The position numbers were made by a program, and so were the translations under genes. Below are positions 34,501 to 42,483 of a stretch of DNA of 64,000 bases, piece by piece. Below the pieces are notes generated by a model, which was not told the DNA's origin, ran no database searches, and was given only the letters and a program-made list of their open reading frames with translations. This stretch comes from an uncultured Mediterranea sp. (lineage in GTDB: Bacteria; Bacteroidota; Bacteroidia; Bacteroidales; Bacteroidaceae). Positions within the stretch are counted from its first letter, which is position 1; every line of letters begins with the position of its first letter. The stretch lies in assembly GCF_902493215.1 (NCBI RefSeq), contig NZ_CABUOL010000012.1:5527-69526 (forward strand), read 5' to 3'.

Positions 34501-34673
34501 GCCACAGCCACTACCATTCCCTGACGGATAGTGAAGTCGGGAAACTCATTCTTCTGCATCTCAGGCAAACTGTATATACCGAATGCCACCAGACAGCATG
34601 TCACCAGAATCACTATCTGACGATAGTGCATGGCCCATTCCACTACGTTACGTTTCTTTTCCATCATCATCAC
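31572..34673 (-). CDS. RND efflux permease (AcrB family)
   Basis: 1033 aa, GMIVDNSIV, RRMRPIFLTS, two large periplasmic loops. Confidence 0.93.
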   Translation of the reverse strand: MMMMEKKRNVVEWAMHYRQIVILVTCCLVAFGIYSLPEMQKNEFPDFTIRQGMVVAVAPGINVEEMVEQVTKPLEDYIFTYKEVKKEKTFSTTRDGMVFVQVELNDDLNNKDEFWSKFKHGVAMFKSQLPSNVLAIQVMDDFGDTSALLITMESKDKTYRELHGYMDELMDRLRRIKSVGRLTVSGERKEQISVYLDPARLSQYGLNEQTIAAGLFAKGFVTSGGRIQTPDYVLPIHVEKSFNTLSDIREQIVYNDPSGHNIRLKDVARVVKEYPHADSYITNNGTKCILLSVEMKKGQNIVRMGEEVDHVLTLFKKELPSEVNMYRITDQARVVGDSVNTFLHELLIAIGAVVVIVMLLLPLKVALVAASTIPITIFISLGLFYAFGIELNTVTLAALIVTLGMIVDNSIVIIDSYLEKLGEGMSRWHASIQSATHFFKSIFSATLAISITFFPFLIVIKGMIHDFLLSFPWSITLILGVSLLVAMLLVPFMQFWFIRKPIPGVQKGFSFLSVLQKYYNRLLDVCFAHPYITLFSGLVSIVVGIVLMGQLPQRLMPVADRDQFAVEIYLPTGSAVEKTALVADSVEHLLRRDPRVLSVTAFVGCSSPRFHTAYAPQLGGTNYAQLIVNTTGNKETVQLLDEYAPRYTNAFPEARVRFKQISFSQAVYPVELRLSGNNLDTLKNIAGKYLALLRNMPETQLAQTNFSEPQTTVRLRMKEDEATRLGINNIQLETTLAMRYGNGLPMANLWEGDYAIPVTLKSEKADSASFSDLNGELIPVAGGLSYVPLRQLAVMEPCSEDGQIVRRNGVYTITVMSDVRREVNPTAFTAKLMKRLEEIPLPAGVELAYGGDREQDNENLPPIMGALAIAAFIIFFILLAHFRRISIALLIFASMTLCLFGTAVGVLIQGVDFSMTSTLGIISLMGIIVRNGIIMIDYAEELRTVERLGVRDAIYHSARRRMRPIFLTSAAASMGVIPMILGKSGLWMPMGTVICYGTLITMVFLLTVLPVCYLLIFRGSTGRRVRSEALEKQ

Positions 34674-34680
34674 GCCTCCT

Positions 34681-35745
34681 TCATCGTGTCAGTTTTGTGC
34701 CTTCGCACACTTTCTGTTGTCCTTCTACAATGATTTCATCGCCTGCCACCAGTCCCGAAAGGACTACTACTCCCTGGGGGGTAAATTCACCACATTCTAC
34801 AAACCGTTTGGTAGCCGTTCCGCCAGCATCAACCCAAACAAAACTACGGTTATTCTCATCGATTTGTAAAACGGAAGCAGGAATGATACATACTTCTCCT
34901 TCAGAACCAGTCAAGAGAGTCACCTGTGCTACCATGCCCGGCATCAGTCCTCCAACCGGCTTTCCAGGCTTTATCTTCACCAGATATGACCGTGACAACG
35001 GATGAGCCTTCACTCCTTTTTCCGTAACCACCCCTGAAAATTTTCCGCCTTTCAATGCCGGCACAGTGACAAATGCCTGCTGCCCGACCTTGACATCGGC
35101 AATTTCTGTCTCCGGAACCGGAATCGTAACCTGTAGCTCGTCATCAGTCACCAGCTTCACTACAGGTACACCGGGGGCTACATTCTGCCCCACCTCCGCC
35201 AGTTTTTCAGCAACGACCCCGTCAAAAGGAGCATACAGTTTACAGTCCTCCAGGTTCTTGCGGGCTATTTCCTCCATGGAACATGCCTGGCGGTATCTGC
35301 TCTGTACCTCTATCCATTTGATTTCAGCCAGACTACCTTTCTTATATAGTTCTTCCATTCTGCGATAGGCATCCTCTGCCTGTTCCAATGAAGCTTTAGC
35401 CGCACGATAGCTGCTTTCCATAGAAGTCCGGTCTGTTTCGGCCAACAATTGACCTTTTTTTACCCGACTTCCCATACCTACTCGCATATCTTTCAATACC
35501 CCCATCACAGAAAAGCTGAGTACACTTCCGTTTTCTTCTTCCACTGTTCCCGAGAAACCATGATTCTCCGCCAGCAAAGAAGGTTCTACCTTCATTGTCC
35601 TTACTTTAACCGGTTCCACTACTTCCGATAACTCTTTAGAGGTGTTCCCACACCCTGCACACATGCCCAGCATCATCAGCATAGTCATGCAGTACGTTGT
35701 CTTGATACGTTTCATTTTCAAAATCATTTTATCCTTTTTGAACAA
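34681..35745 (-). CDS. RND membrane-fusion (periplasmic adaptor) lipoprotein
   Basis: Lipobox CAGC, VKKGQLLA, LYAPFDGVV, GLMPGM; true start may be 35715. Confidence 0.9.
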   Translation of the reverse strand: MFKKDKMILKMKRIKTTYCMTMLMMLGMCAGCGNTSKELSEVVEPVKVRTMKVEPSLLAENHGFSGTVEEENGSVLSFSVMGVLKDMRVGMGSRVKKGQLLAETDRTSMESSYRAAKASLEQAEDAYRRMEELYKKGSLAEIKWIEVQSRYRQACSMEEIARKNLEDCKLYAPFDGVVAEKLAEVGQNVAPGVPVVKLVTDDELQVTIPVPETEIADVKVGQQAFVTVPALKGGKFSGVVTEKGVKAHPLSRSYLVKIKPGKPVGGLMPGMVAQVTLLTGSEGEVCIIPASVLQIDENNRSFVWVDAGGTATKRFVECGEFTPQGVVVLSGLVAGDEIIVEGQQKVCEGTKLTR

Positions 35746-35925
35746 ATCAGGTGCAAAGTAAGAGGCTTCAGAAAAAACTACGGGAATTTATTCTTCTACA
35801 AAAATGTCCCATATTTCCTGCGACAAGTAAGATATTCCATCAGGAACATTTCTACAGAAAATTCAACCAACGTTTATTGGAAAATATTCTGTTCTTTTGT
35901 GACATAAACAGATTAAAATACAATT

Positions 35926-36816
35926 ATGGAACAAAAAATGATTGTAGGCAATGCAGAACAATTGGAACAAGAACTGGTAGAAAAAAATACCATCTATCAC
36001 GATGACCGCATCATGATTATCGACCATCTGCATGAAATGGACCTTCTTCCGGCTCCCCCCGTACGCTTGGAGTCTTATATGGCCATTTTATGCCTGAAAG
36101 GAAAAGGCCAGGTAGCAGTTAACAACAAATTTTTCGATGTATGCAAGAATGACATCATGATTTGCCATCCACAGACCATATTAGAACACAGTATGGTCAG
36201 CATAGACTTTGAGTGCTGCGGTTTTTGCCTCTCGCCCGAATATGTCAACCAGATTATTCTTATCTCTTCGGGCACATGGAATTTTAAGATGTTCATCGAA
36301 AAACATCCCATCATCTCCTTGTCCGAGGAAGAAAGTATCATTTTCCATCAATATTACAGCCTGCTTCGCTCCAAACTCCTCGGAACTCCCCACCGTCATC
36401 AAAAAGAGCTGATAGACGCCTTACTACAGGCTTTCATTTATGAATTTTCCGATTCTATGGAACGTATCATTCGCCTTTCACCTCCATCCTATAATTCTGC
36501 GGAAAACCTTTTCAACCAGTTCACAGAAATCCTCTCTGCTGCTTATCCCAAACCACGAAGCGTGGCCTTTTATGCAGACAAACTGCATGTAACCCCCAAA
36601 TACCTGTCTGCCGTCTGCAAAAAGGTCAGTGGAAATACAGCCTCCGCCCTCATCGAACAATATGTGATGAAAGACATCCAGTATCTCCTGAAGAAAACAA
36701 CCAAAAGCATCAAGGAAATAGTCAACGAACTCGATTTTCCCAACATTTCTTTCTTCGGGAAATACGTCAAACAGCATGTAGGCGTATCACCCAAACAATA
36801 CAGGGCCGAGTCATGA
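35926..36816 (+). CDS. AraC-family regulator divergent from the efflux operon
   Basis: SVAFYADKLHVTPKYLS, SIKEIVNELDFPNISFFGKYVK. Confidence 0.92.
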   Translation: MEQKMIVGNAEQLEQELVEKNTIYHDDRIMIIDHLHEMDLLPAPPVRLESYMAILCLKGKGQVAVNNKFFDVCKNDIMICHPQTILEHSMVSIDFECCGFCLSPEYVNQIILISSGTWNFKMFIEKHPIISLSEEESIIFHQYYSLLRSKLLGTPHRHQKELIDALLQAFIYEFSDSMERIIRLSPPSYNSAENLFNQFTEILSAAYPKPRSVAFYADKLHVTPKYLSAVCKKVSGNTASALIEQYVMKDIQYLLKKTTKSIKEIVNELDFPNISFFGKYVKQHVGVSPKQYRAES

Positions 36817-36851
36817 AGCGATTATAGGGAAAACATCAATTATTGTTATAC

Positions 36852-36883
36852 AAAAAAGGAGCTACGACTTATCGTAACTCCTT
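36852..36883. terminator. Terminator downstream of the tRNA remnant (possibly bidirectional)
   Basis: aaaaaaggag ctacg..cgtaa ctcctt hairpin. Confidence 0.6.
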
Positions 36884-36895
36884 GATTTCTTGCTG

Positions 36896-36938
36896 TCGGG
36901 GTAGCGGGATTCGAACCCACGACCCCCTGCTCCCAAAG
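36896..36938 (-). pseudogene. 3' half of tRNA-Pro(TGG); prophage att core
   Basis: Minus strand cTTTGGGAgcagggggtcgtgggTTCGAAtcccgctaccccgA gives anticodon loop, T arm and 3' acceptor strand; the D arm and 5' half are missing, and AT-rich phage DNA starts immediately. Confidence 0.88.
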
Positions 36939-37096
36939 AAGCATCCATCTTGTAGCGTATCTTTCTGTTAATAAATAAATTACATTCTCTTATATTCTTG
37001 TTTAGGATAAGTTTTTGAACATCTTTCTATTTGAATGCCTTCCCTATCCTATCGCCTGTTACCCATCCATCACCGAACTATACAACATTTAAAAAA

Positions 37097-37654
37097 TCAT
37101 TTTAAATGCTCAGATAGATTAGATCGGGATTTCTTCAGACATTCTATTATATCATCCAACTTATCTATTTTCATAGACACAAATGACCTGTCCGTATAGT
37201 TTCTGGTACGCAAATAAAAAGTCCAGACCTTTTCTTTCCTCGCCACAGGATTTTCCTTGCTAAATACACCAAACTCTACACCATCACGAGTTTTGTACTC
37301 ACATTCCATATAATTATCGTATGTATTTACTACAACATTAGATTTGATATATTCCATAGAAGAAATACATCCTGACAACTCATCAAAGTCCAAAGTACCT
37401 ATATAGGAAGAAGATGAATATTCTGTAATGACACGCAACGCACCTGTTTTCTCCCCGGAAGACAGATTAGTTATAACTATCGTTTGAAATGATACGCCAC
37501 CTACTCGCCCAATATCAAAAAAGTCCTTTTGCAACAAGACTCCATCCTTTTCAAGTAATTCTACTGTTTTACTCTTTGAACTATTGGTTTCTTCTTGCGC
37601 AACTAATACCGAGCAAGTTATCACAAGTACAAATAATAAAATAAATTTCTTCAT
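37097..37654 (-). CDS. Exported hypothetical protein (lysogenic cargo)
   Basis: Sec signal peptide MKKFILLFVLVITCSVLVA; last gene of the cI transcription unit. Confidence 0.7.
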   Translation of the reverse strand: MKKFILLFVLVITCSVLVAQEETNSSKSKTVELLEKDGVLLQKDFFDIGRVGGVSFQTIVITNLSSGEKTGALRVITEYSSSSYIGTLDFDELSGCISSMEYIKSNVVVNTYDNYMECEYKTRDGVEFGVFSKENPVARKEKVWTFYLRTRNYTDRSFVSMKIDKLDDIIECLKKSRSNLSEHLK

Positions 37655-37657
37655 AAC

Positions 37658-39127
37658 TCAAATATTTAGTTTGTTCTTTAACTCATTATACAAATCAGGA
37701 TTTCTCATGTCCTCCCAATAAAACTTTCTATATCGGCTTCTACTGAATCCGTTCTTGTTATCATAAACCATAATGCACTCCTTATCACACAAGATGATTA
37801 ATGAAGACAAAAGCAACTTGGCATAAGAGAATGCCTGAAGAAAGGCTGATTCTATCTCATGGTTGTTCTTCATATAGTATTTTGCTTCAATCAACACCTT
37901 TGCTTTTTCTTCTTCTGACTTGTTGTCATAATGAAGCGCATAATCCGGGAATATACGATGTCCTCTCCCTGCATGGATTGGCAACTGTCGAATGTAGTCT
38001 TTATGCTCATACCACCCCATTTCATTCAACAATGGCTCCAGCAGTTTTTTCTCTACATCCTTTTCCTCCTTAATTACTATTCCTTCCGGCAATGAAGGTG
38101 CGTATATTTGAGGAAGTACGGATGTGTCAAATCCTTTTGCTTCTATCATCCTCATGAGTTCTGCATAATCCTTTCCCGTAACCTGCCATCCATTAACGCC
38201 TTGAAAGTTCTTTCTGACAAGCGGATGGTCTGAAAAGTATTCGTCGGCTTTCAGTTCCTTTAAAGAGATATGCGGAATGTCTATTCTGTCCCCTATATAG
38301 GTGCTACTATAATAATGGAAGAACGGGTCTATCACTCCGTCAACCTGTGCTATCCATAAACAGGTGATTGCGCTTACCGGTGATGTTTCATAGTGTATAA
38401 TGATGTCCCCTTTCTTTGTCTCTTTGTTGGATTGCCAAAAGCCAGTAGTCCAATGCGTACCATAACCATCAATCACTCCTCCAATAAACCATGCAGCAGA
38501 TGGTTTAGGCATTTCCTTCTTGTTATCAATTCCTAAAACACTTGGAACATGATCGTACAGGAATGCACCCAACTCAGCTGGTGATAGTTCATTTTCTGTC
38601 CTGAATTGATAGAAAACTTTGCAGAGCTCCCAATAATACATGCACCTTGCTCTATAATCAGGTTTCTTGGGAATTGGAGGCAATTCTATTTCAAAGCAAT
38701 CAGCAAGTCTTGTAAGCTGGTAAAAATCATCAATATAAAGATATGGGAAGAAATATTCTCCGAACAAATAGTTCAATTCCATTGACAAAAATGGTACGAA
38801 CTCAAGCATTCGGTCAAAGTCGCCAATCTTCAGAATTTCTTCCGATTCTATCATTAGCCCGGTGGATATAATTTCCTCATACAACTTTCCTGCATCATCC
38901 AGAGAGTTTAATTTAATCCCATCGTATTCTGAAACCTTATAACACCAAAAGTCCTCCAATATTCCACAAATCATTTCTGAATTGAAAGAATCCTTGATTT
39001 TAGGATTGTACTTCTCGAACAGGCGTTCCTCTTCTATCCACTCTCTTCTGTCTGAAAATGCAGCTATAGCGGATTTCCCTTCAGGAGAGTTCTTGTACAA
39101 GTTCCAAAAATATTGATTGAATTTCAT
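37658..39127 (-). CDS. Putative modification-dependent endonuclease: EVE/PUA-like domain + HsdR_N-like PD-(D/E)XK domain
   Basis: WQ..KKGDIIIHYE...ISLKELK EVE-like pattern; EKDVEKKLLEPLLNEMGW...PDYAL...LIEAK...AFLQAFSYA nuclease pattern. Confidence 0.7.
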   Translation of the reverse strand: MKFNQYFWNLYKNSPEGKSAIAAFSDRREWIEEERLFEKYNPKIKDSFNSEMICGILEDFWCYKVSEYDGIKLNSLDDAGKLYEEIISTGLMIESEEILKIGDFDRMLEFVPFLSMELNYLFGEYFFPYLYIDDFYQLTRLADCFEIELPPIPKKPDYRARCMYYWELCKVFYQFRTENELSPAELGAFLYDHVPSVLGIDNKKEMPKPSAAWFIGGVIDGYGTHWTTGFWQSNKETKKGDIIIHYETSPVSAITCLWIAQVDGVIDPFFHYYSSTYIGDRIDIPHISLKELKADEYFSDHPLVRKNFQGVNGWQVTGKDYAELMRMIEAKGFDTSVLPQIYAPSLPEGIVIKEEKDVEKKLLEPLLNEMGWYEHKDYIRQLPIHAGRGHRIFPDYALHYDNKSEEEKAKVLIEAKYYMKNNHEIESAFLQAFSYAKLLLSSLIILCDKECIMVYDNKNGFSRSRYRKFYWEDMRNPDLYNELKNKLNI

Positions 39128-39129
39128 GC

Positions 39130-39810
39130 CTATAACTGTGTTTTGACAGACAAGATATTTTCTACGATGAACATCTTTCTGATTTTCCCCTTGTGAAGTT
39201 TTATATCATCATATTGCGGATTCTCACTCCGCAGGATGATATAATTATCCTCGTCCGGCTCGTATCTACGTATATACTTAATCATACGATATTCATCTAA
39301 CAAGATAAGATACATTTGCCCATAGAAAATATCCTCCCAACTATGAATTTCTCTGATTACAACCATGTTTCCATCGAAAATTCGTGGTTCCATGCTGTCT
39401 CCGTTTGCCCGTACAATCTGTGAACCCTTATTGATTCCGGGAAGGTTTACCGAGCCTATGATATTATCTTGTGTGAAGGAAATATCCCTTTTATCGGTAC
39501 CGCATGTTGCATCAATGTCATAGACTAATGTCCCTGAATAATCGCCTTCCTTTATATCGTTTGGGGAAATGGAAGATCCAGACTTGAGTGGGGCTGCCTC
39601 TTTAATCATTTCTCCCTCGCCATATAACAGCCAGTCACGATTTAATTCAGGATAAGAAGTCAGAACATTGTTTAGTTTTTCAGAACCAAACCCCTTTCTC
39701 ATAGATGTAACATAACCTGTTGACAAATTGCATTTCGATTCAAATTCTTTCATGCTAACACCCTTGTACTTAATGAATTCAATGGTTCGTTCTTTTATCG
39801 TCTTATTCAT
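39130..39810 (-). CDS. CI-like repressor with S24 autopeptidase domain
   Basis: N-terminal HTH, LNRDWLLYGEGEM, NGDSMEP catalytic Ser, IKYIR Lys; start at MNKTIKER. Confidence 0.92.
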   Translation of the reverse strand: MNKTIKERTIEFIKYKGVSMKEFESKCNLSTGYVTSMRKGFGSEKLNNVLTSYPELNRDWLLYGEGEMIKEAAPLKSGSSISPNDIKEGDYSGTLVYDIDATCGTDKRDISFTQDNIIGSVNLPGINKGSQIVRANGDSMEPRIFDGNMVVIREIHSWEDIFYGQMYLILLDEYRMIKYIRRYEPDEDNYIILRSENPQYDDIKLHKGKIRKMFIVENILSVKTQL

Positions 39811-39834
39811 ATGGCAATACTTTAAAAATGTTAA

Positions 39835-39900
39835 ATCAGAGCACAAATCAGAACAATGTTTTGTTATATCAGAACAATGTTCTATATTTGCATCAGAAAC
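39835..39900 (+). promoter_or_regulatory. Lytic promoter overlapped by repressor operators
   Basis: TTTG (39860-63), N19, TATATTTG (39883-90); dyads AGAACAATGTTTT (39850-62) and AGAACAATGTTCT (39871-83). Confidence 0.75.
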
Positions 39901-39953
39901 GTAACATCGATACGAAACAAAGATAGTAAATAACATTAATAATACACACGATT

Positions 39954-40274
39954 ATGAAAAGAAATGTATTACACGAGATTATGAGCCTTGCTTGGCAGTT
40001 TGTAAAACGCAATGGCTTTACGATGAGTGAGGCACTGAAAGTAGCTTGGGCGAACATGAAACTGAAAGCTGCAATGAAGCAAAGAATAGTAAAGTTCTAC
40101 TTCACGAAGGTGGACGGTTCTGTTCGCGAAGCCTATGGCACACTGAAAGAAAACCTGATCCCCGCCACATCAGGTGAAAGCAAAAGAAAGAACGACACCG
40201 TACAGGTGTACTTCGACACTGAGAGACAAGAATACAGATGCTACAAGAAAGCTAACCTTTTAAATATCGCATGA
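39954..40274 (+). CDS. SH3/WYL-like beta-barrel phage protein
   Basis: VKFYFTKVDGSVREAYGTL, VQVYFDTERQEYRCYK pattern. Confidence 0.7.
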   Translation: MKRNVLHEIMSLAWQFVKRNGFTMSEALKVAWANMKLKAAMKQRIVKFYFTKVDGSVREAYGTLKENLIPATSGESKRKNDTVQVYFDTERQEYRCYKKANLLNIA

Positions 40275-40522
40275 CTATGACACGCTACGAAATCGAACGA
40301 GAACTGGACAGCCTTTACAAGGACTTGAACATCGCCCACAATGCCGACGAACAGACCGTTTGCAGAGTATTCAATACCGACACAAAGAATGAGGCCATCC
40401 GAGCGATAACTGACGAGATAGACAACTATGAATCAGCCCTTGAAGAATATGACCAGCCCAATGATGACGGCATGGACTACGATGCCTTGTGCCGGGTGCA
40501 AGGGATAGCACGGTACGCATAA
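40271..40522 (+). CDS. Acidic hypothetical phage protein
   Basis: Overlaps the previous stop; acidic 83-aa ORF. Confidence 0.65.
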   Translation: MTMTRYEIERELDSLYKDLNIAHNADEQTVCRVFNTDTKNEAIRAITDEIDNYESALEEYDQPNDDGMDYDALCRVQGIARYA

Positions 40523-40529
40523 CCGAATT

Positions 40530-40995
40530 ACCCTGCTGACGGATTGAACGGCAACTGGCAGCGAGGGCCGGGCAGGGTTCTACTTGATTGGTTCTTTGAC
40601 GTAATGGAAATTTTAGGTGTACTGCTACACCTGACGCAAAGGGGTTCGACTGAGTAGCGATAGCGGCACGGTGAAAAGTATGCGAGTAAGGGACTGACAA
40701 GAAGCAAACGCAGCGCATTAATCACCGCGAGAACAAAAACGACTTATACGATTGCAGGTGGCCGTAGGTCGGCTACAAAGACAATCTTAACTGATTAGAC
40801 ACCAGCAAGAACTATATATATCCCGTAGGCCCACCGGCCTAGTAACCCAACAAAGCGAAAGCCATAGACATCGGAACTGGGGCGGGAACTCACCCGGAAA
40901 CCGCAGAAAAGGTCAGTGCTATTGCCTTGCCAAAAGCCGTGGGGGACGCGAAGTGCGCACCGCTATCCCCTTACCCTCGCAAGGGCGGTTTTCTT
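40530..40995 (+). ncRNA. Candidate structured non-coding region of the early lytic transcript
   Basis: No credible ORF; nested stems and a boxA-like GTTCTTTGAC at 40591-40600. Confidence 0.45.
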
Positions 40996-41009
40996 AATCA
41001 TTAATCAAC

Positions 41010-41204
41010 ATGAAAGCAAAGATATTATCCACCATCATGGCTGTGTCATTTATTGTATGCGCAGTCACCATTGCTGACCTCAGCATCCTGTTTTGGATGT
41101 CCCTAACCATTTTCTCTTTCTCGTGCCTGTATGCCAACAAACACGAGAAATCATTATCCGCCGAACTGGACGATCTTTTCGGTAAAGATGACGAACTCAG
41201 ATGA
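41010..41204 (+). CDS. Small membrane protein
   Basis: Two hydrophobic segments and an acidic tail. Confidence 0.65.
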   Translation: MKAKILSTIMAVSFIVCAVTIADLSILFWMSLTIFSFSCLYANKHEKSLSAELDDLFGKDDELR

Positions 41205-41257
41205 ATTTAGTGTGAAATCCAAGGTGTGTGGTCTGTGAAGATAATACACCTGAAAAA

Positions 41258-41372
41258 GGGTGATTAGCTCAGTCAGGTAGAGCGGCGCAAATTGGTTTTG
41301 TGTGTTTCCCATAGTTTATAAAGGTTAGTTAGTTATTGCGCAGGTCACGGCGTTCAAGTCCCGTATCACCCA
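41258..41372 (+). ncRNA. tRNA-like RNA with a 45-nt loop replacing the anticodon loop
   Basis: Acceptor GGGTGAT/ATCACCC-A, D arm GCTC-AGTCAGGTA-GAGC, stem GCGCAA/TTGCGC, variable AGGTC, T loop TTCAAGT. Confidence 0.8.
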
Positions 41373-41395
41373 CCCTATTTTAAAACCTAACAGAT

Positions 41396-41638
41396 ATGAT
41401 TAGAGAAATTGCAGTAGATGAAAACTATCAAACGGTACGCCTGTTTGACAGCATCGAGAAAGGGGATATTTACAAAGTCCCCTACGACAGGAAGAGACAC
41501 AACGGTATCAAGCTGGAGGCTTCGCGCCGCAACCGAGACCTTCGCCTGATGGGTAAACTAAAGAACAAGATGGATGTGAAATACCGCGTGTCGGCCACTG
41601 AATATCCGGGCTACACTTCCATCATGTGCATCAAGTAA
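41396..41638 (+). CDS. Hypothetical basic phage protein
   Basis: 80-aa ORF with A-rich start context in the early operon. Confidence 0.65.
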   Translation: MIREIAVDENYQTVRLFDSIEKGDIYKVPYDRKRHNGIKLEASRRNRDLRLMGKLKNKMDVKYRVSATEYPGYTSIMCIK

Positions 41639-41649
41639 AGGAGGTGCCT

Positions 41650-41853
41650 ATGGTAAACGAAGATGTTTTGAAAATCGTCCTCAATGACAAGACCTTTGGC
41701 CGCGACCAGGCGGCGGACATCGTGGGTGGGCTGTCCCGCCTGATGAAGTTGGTTGGGCAAGGACTTATTCGGGCCGAGAAGCGGACGAACAAGCAAAACG
41801 GGAAATGGTTCTGTAATGCTTGGGATGTGATTAAACATGCGCAACTGAAATAA
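41650..41853 (+). CDS. Excisionase/MerR-like wHTH protein (putative)
   Basis: TFGRDQAADIVGG..LMKLVGQGLIRAEK...KW pattern. Confidence 0.5.
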   Translation: MVNEDVLKIVLNDKTFGRDQAADIVGGLSRLMKLVGQGLIRAEKRTNKQNGKWFCNAWDVIKHAQLK

Positions 41854-41859
41854 ACTAAT

Positions 41860-42483
41860 ATGGAAGAAAAGAAAAACCTGTACGAGAAAATCCAGCTCGT
41901 ATCAAACGAAATCAAGAATATTGAAAAGAATATGACCGTAGGCAAAGGGAACTATGCCTACAAGGCCGTACAGGATATTGATGTTACCCTTGAAGTAAAG
42001 GAGGCCGAAACCAAATATGGCCTGATCAGCATCCCAATCAAACAGGAACTGGTAAAATCCGAAGTGGTCCGTATAGTGAAAGAAGGCGGCGGCGAGACAA
42101 TAAACTACGTGGACATTGTGAAGATGACCTTGAGAATTATTAATCTCGATAACACTTCGGAATATATTGACGTGGAGAGCTTTGGCCGCGGACTGGACCC
42201 CGGCGACAAAGGATTTGGCAAGGCATCGACTTACGCACGTAAATACGCCCTGCTGAACGCATATAAGATTGCCACCGGTGAAGACCCGGACGAAAACAAG
42301 TCAAAGCCGCAGACACCTGTCACGATTGACGAAGTGAAGAATGCCGTTGTAAACTACATGATGACCGACAGCAACTTTACGCAGAACTTACTTTCTTTTT
42401 TCAATGTTGGCAGCTCAGAAGACATGACAGCCGAACAATTCAAGATGGCATATAACAACCTTAAGAAGAAAGGAAAGATATGA
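41860..42483 (+). CDS. ERF-family ssDNA annealing protein
   Basis: DKGFGKASTYARKYALLNAYKIATGEDPD. Confidence 0.85.
   Translation: MEEKKNLYEKIQLVSNEIKNIEKNMTVGKGNYAYKAVQDIDVTLEVKEAETKYGLISIPIKQELVKSEVVRIVKEGGGETINYVDIVKMTLRIINLDNTSEYIDVESFGRGLDPGDKGFGKASTYARKYALLNAYKIATGEDPDENKSKPQTPVTIDEVKNAVVNYMMTDSNFTQNLLSFFNVGSSEDMTAEQFKMAYNNLKKKGKI

Noticed and set aside
41247..41262. CACCTGAAAAAGGGTG resembling lambda boxB
   Set aside because: Both arms are already used by the upstream hairpin and the tRNA-like acceptor stem; no N-like protein identified.
41154..41312. 52-codon minus-strand ORF starting at the CAT inside the tRNA-like loop
   Set aside because: Antisense to the lytic operon, overlaps a membrane-protein gene and the tRNA arms, and no promoter is seen. 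It remains an alternative reading of the loop.
41291..41335. Loop insert as a tRNA intron
   Set aside because: Too short for a group I intron, no bulge-helix-bulge, and removing it does not leave a clear canonical anticodon loop.
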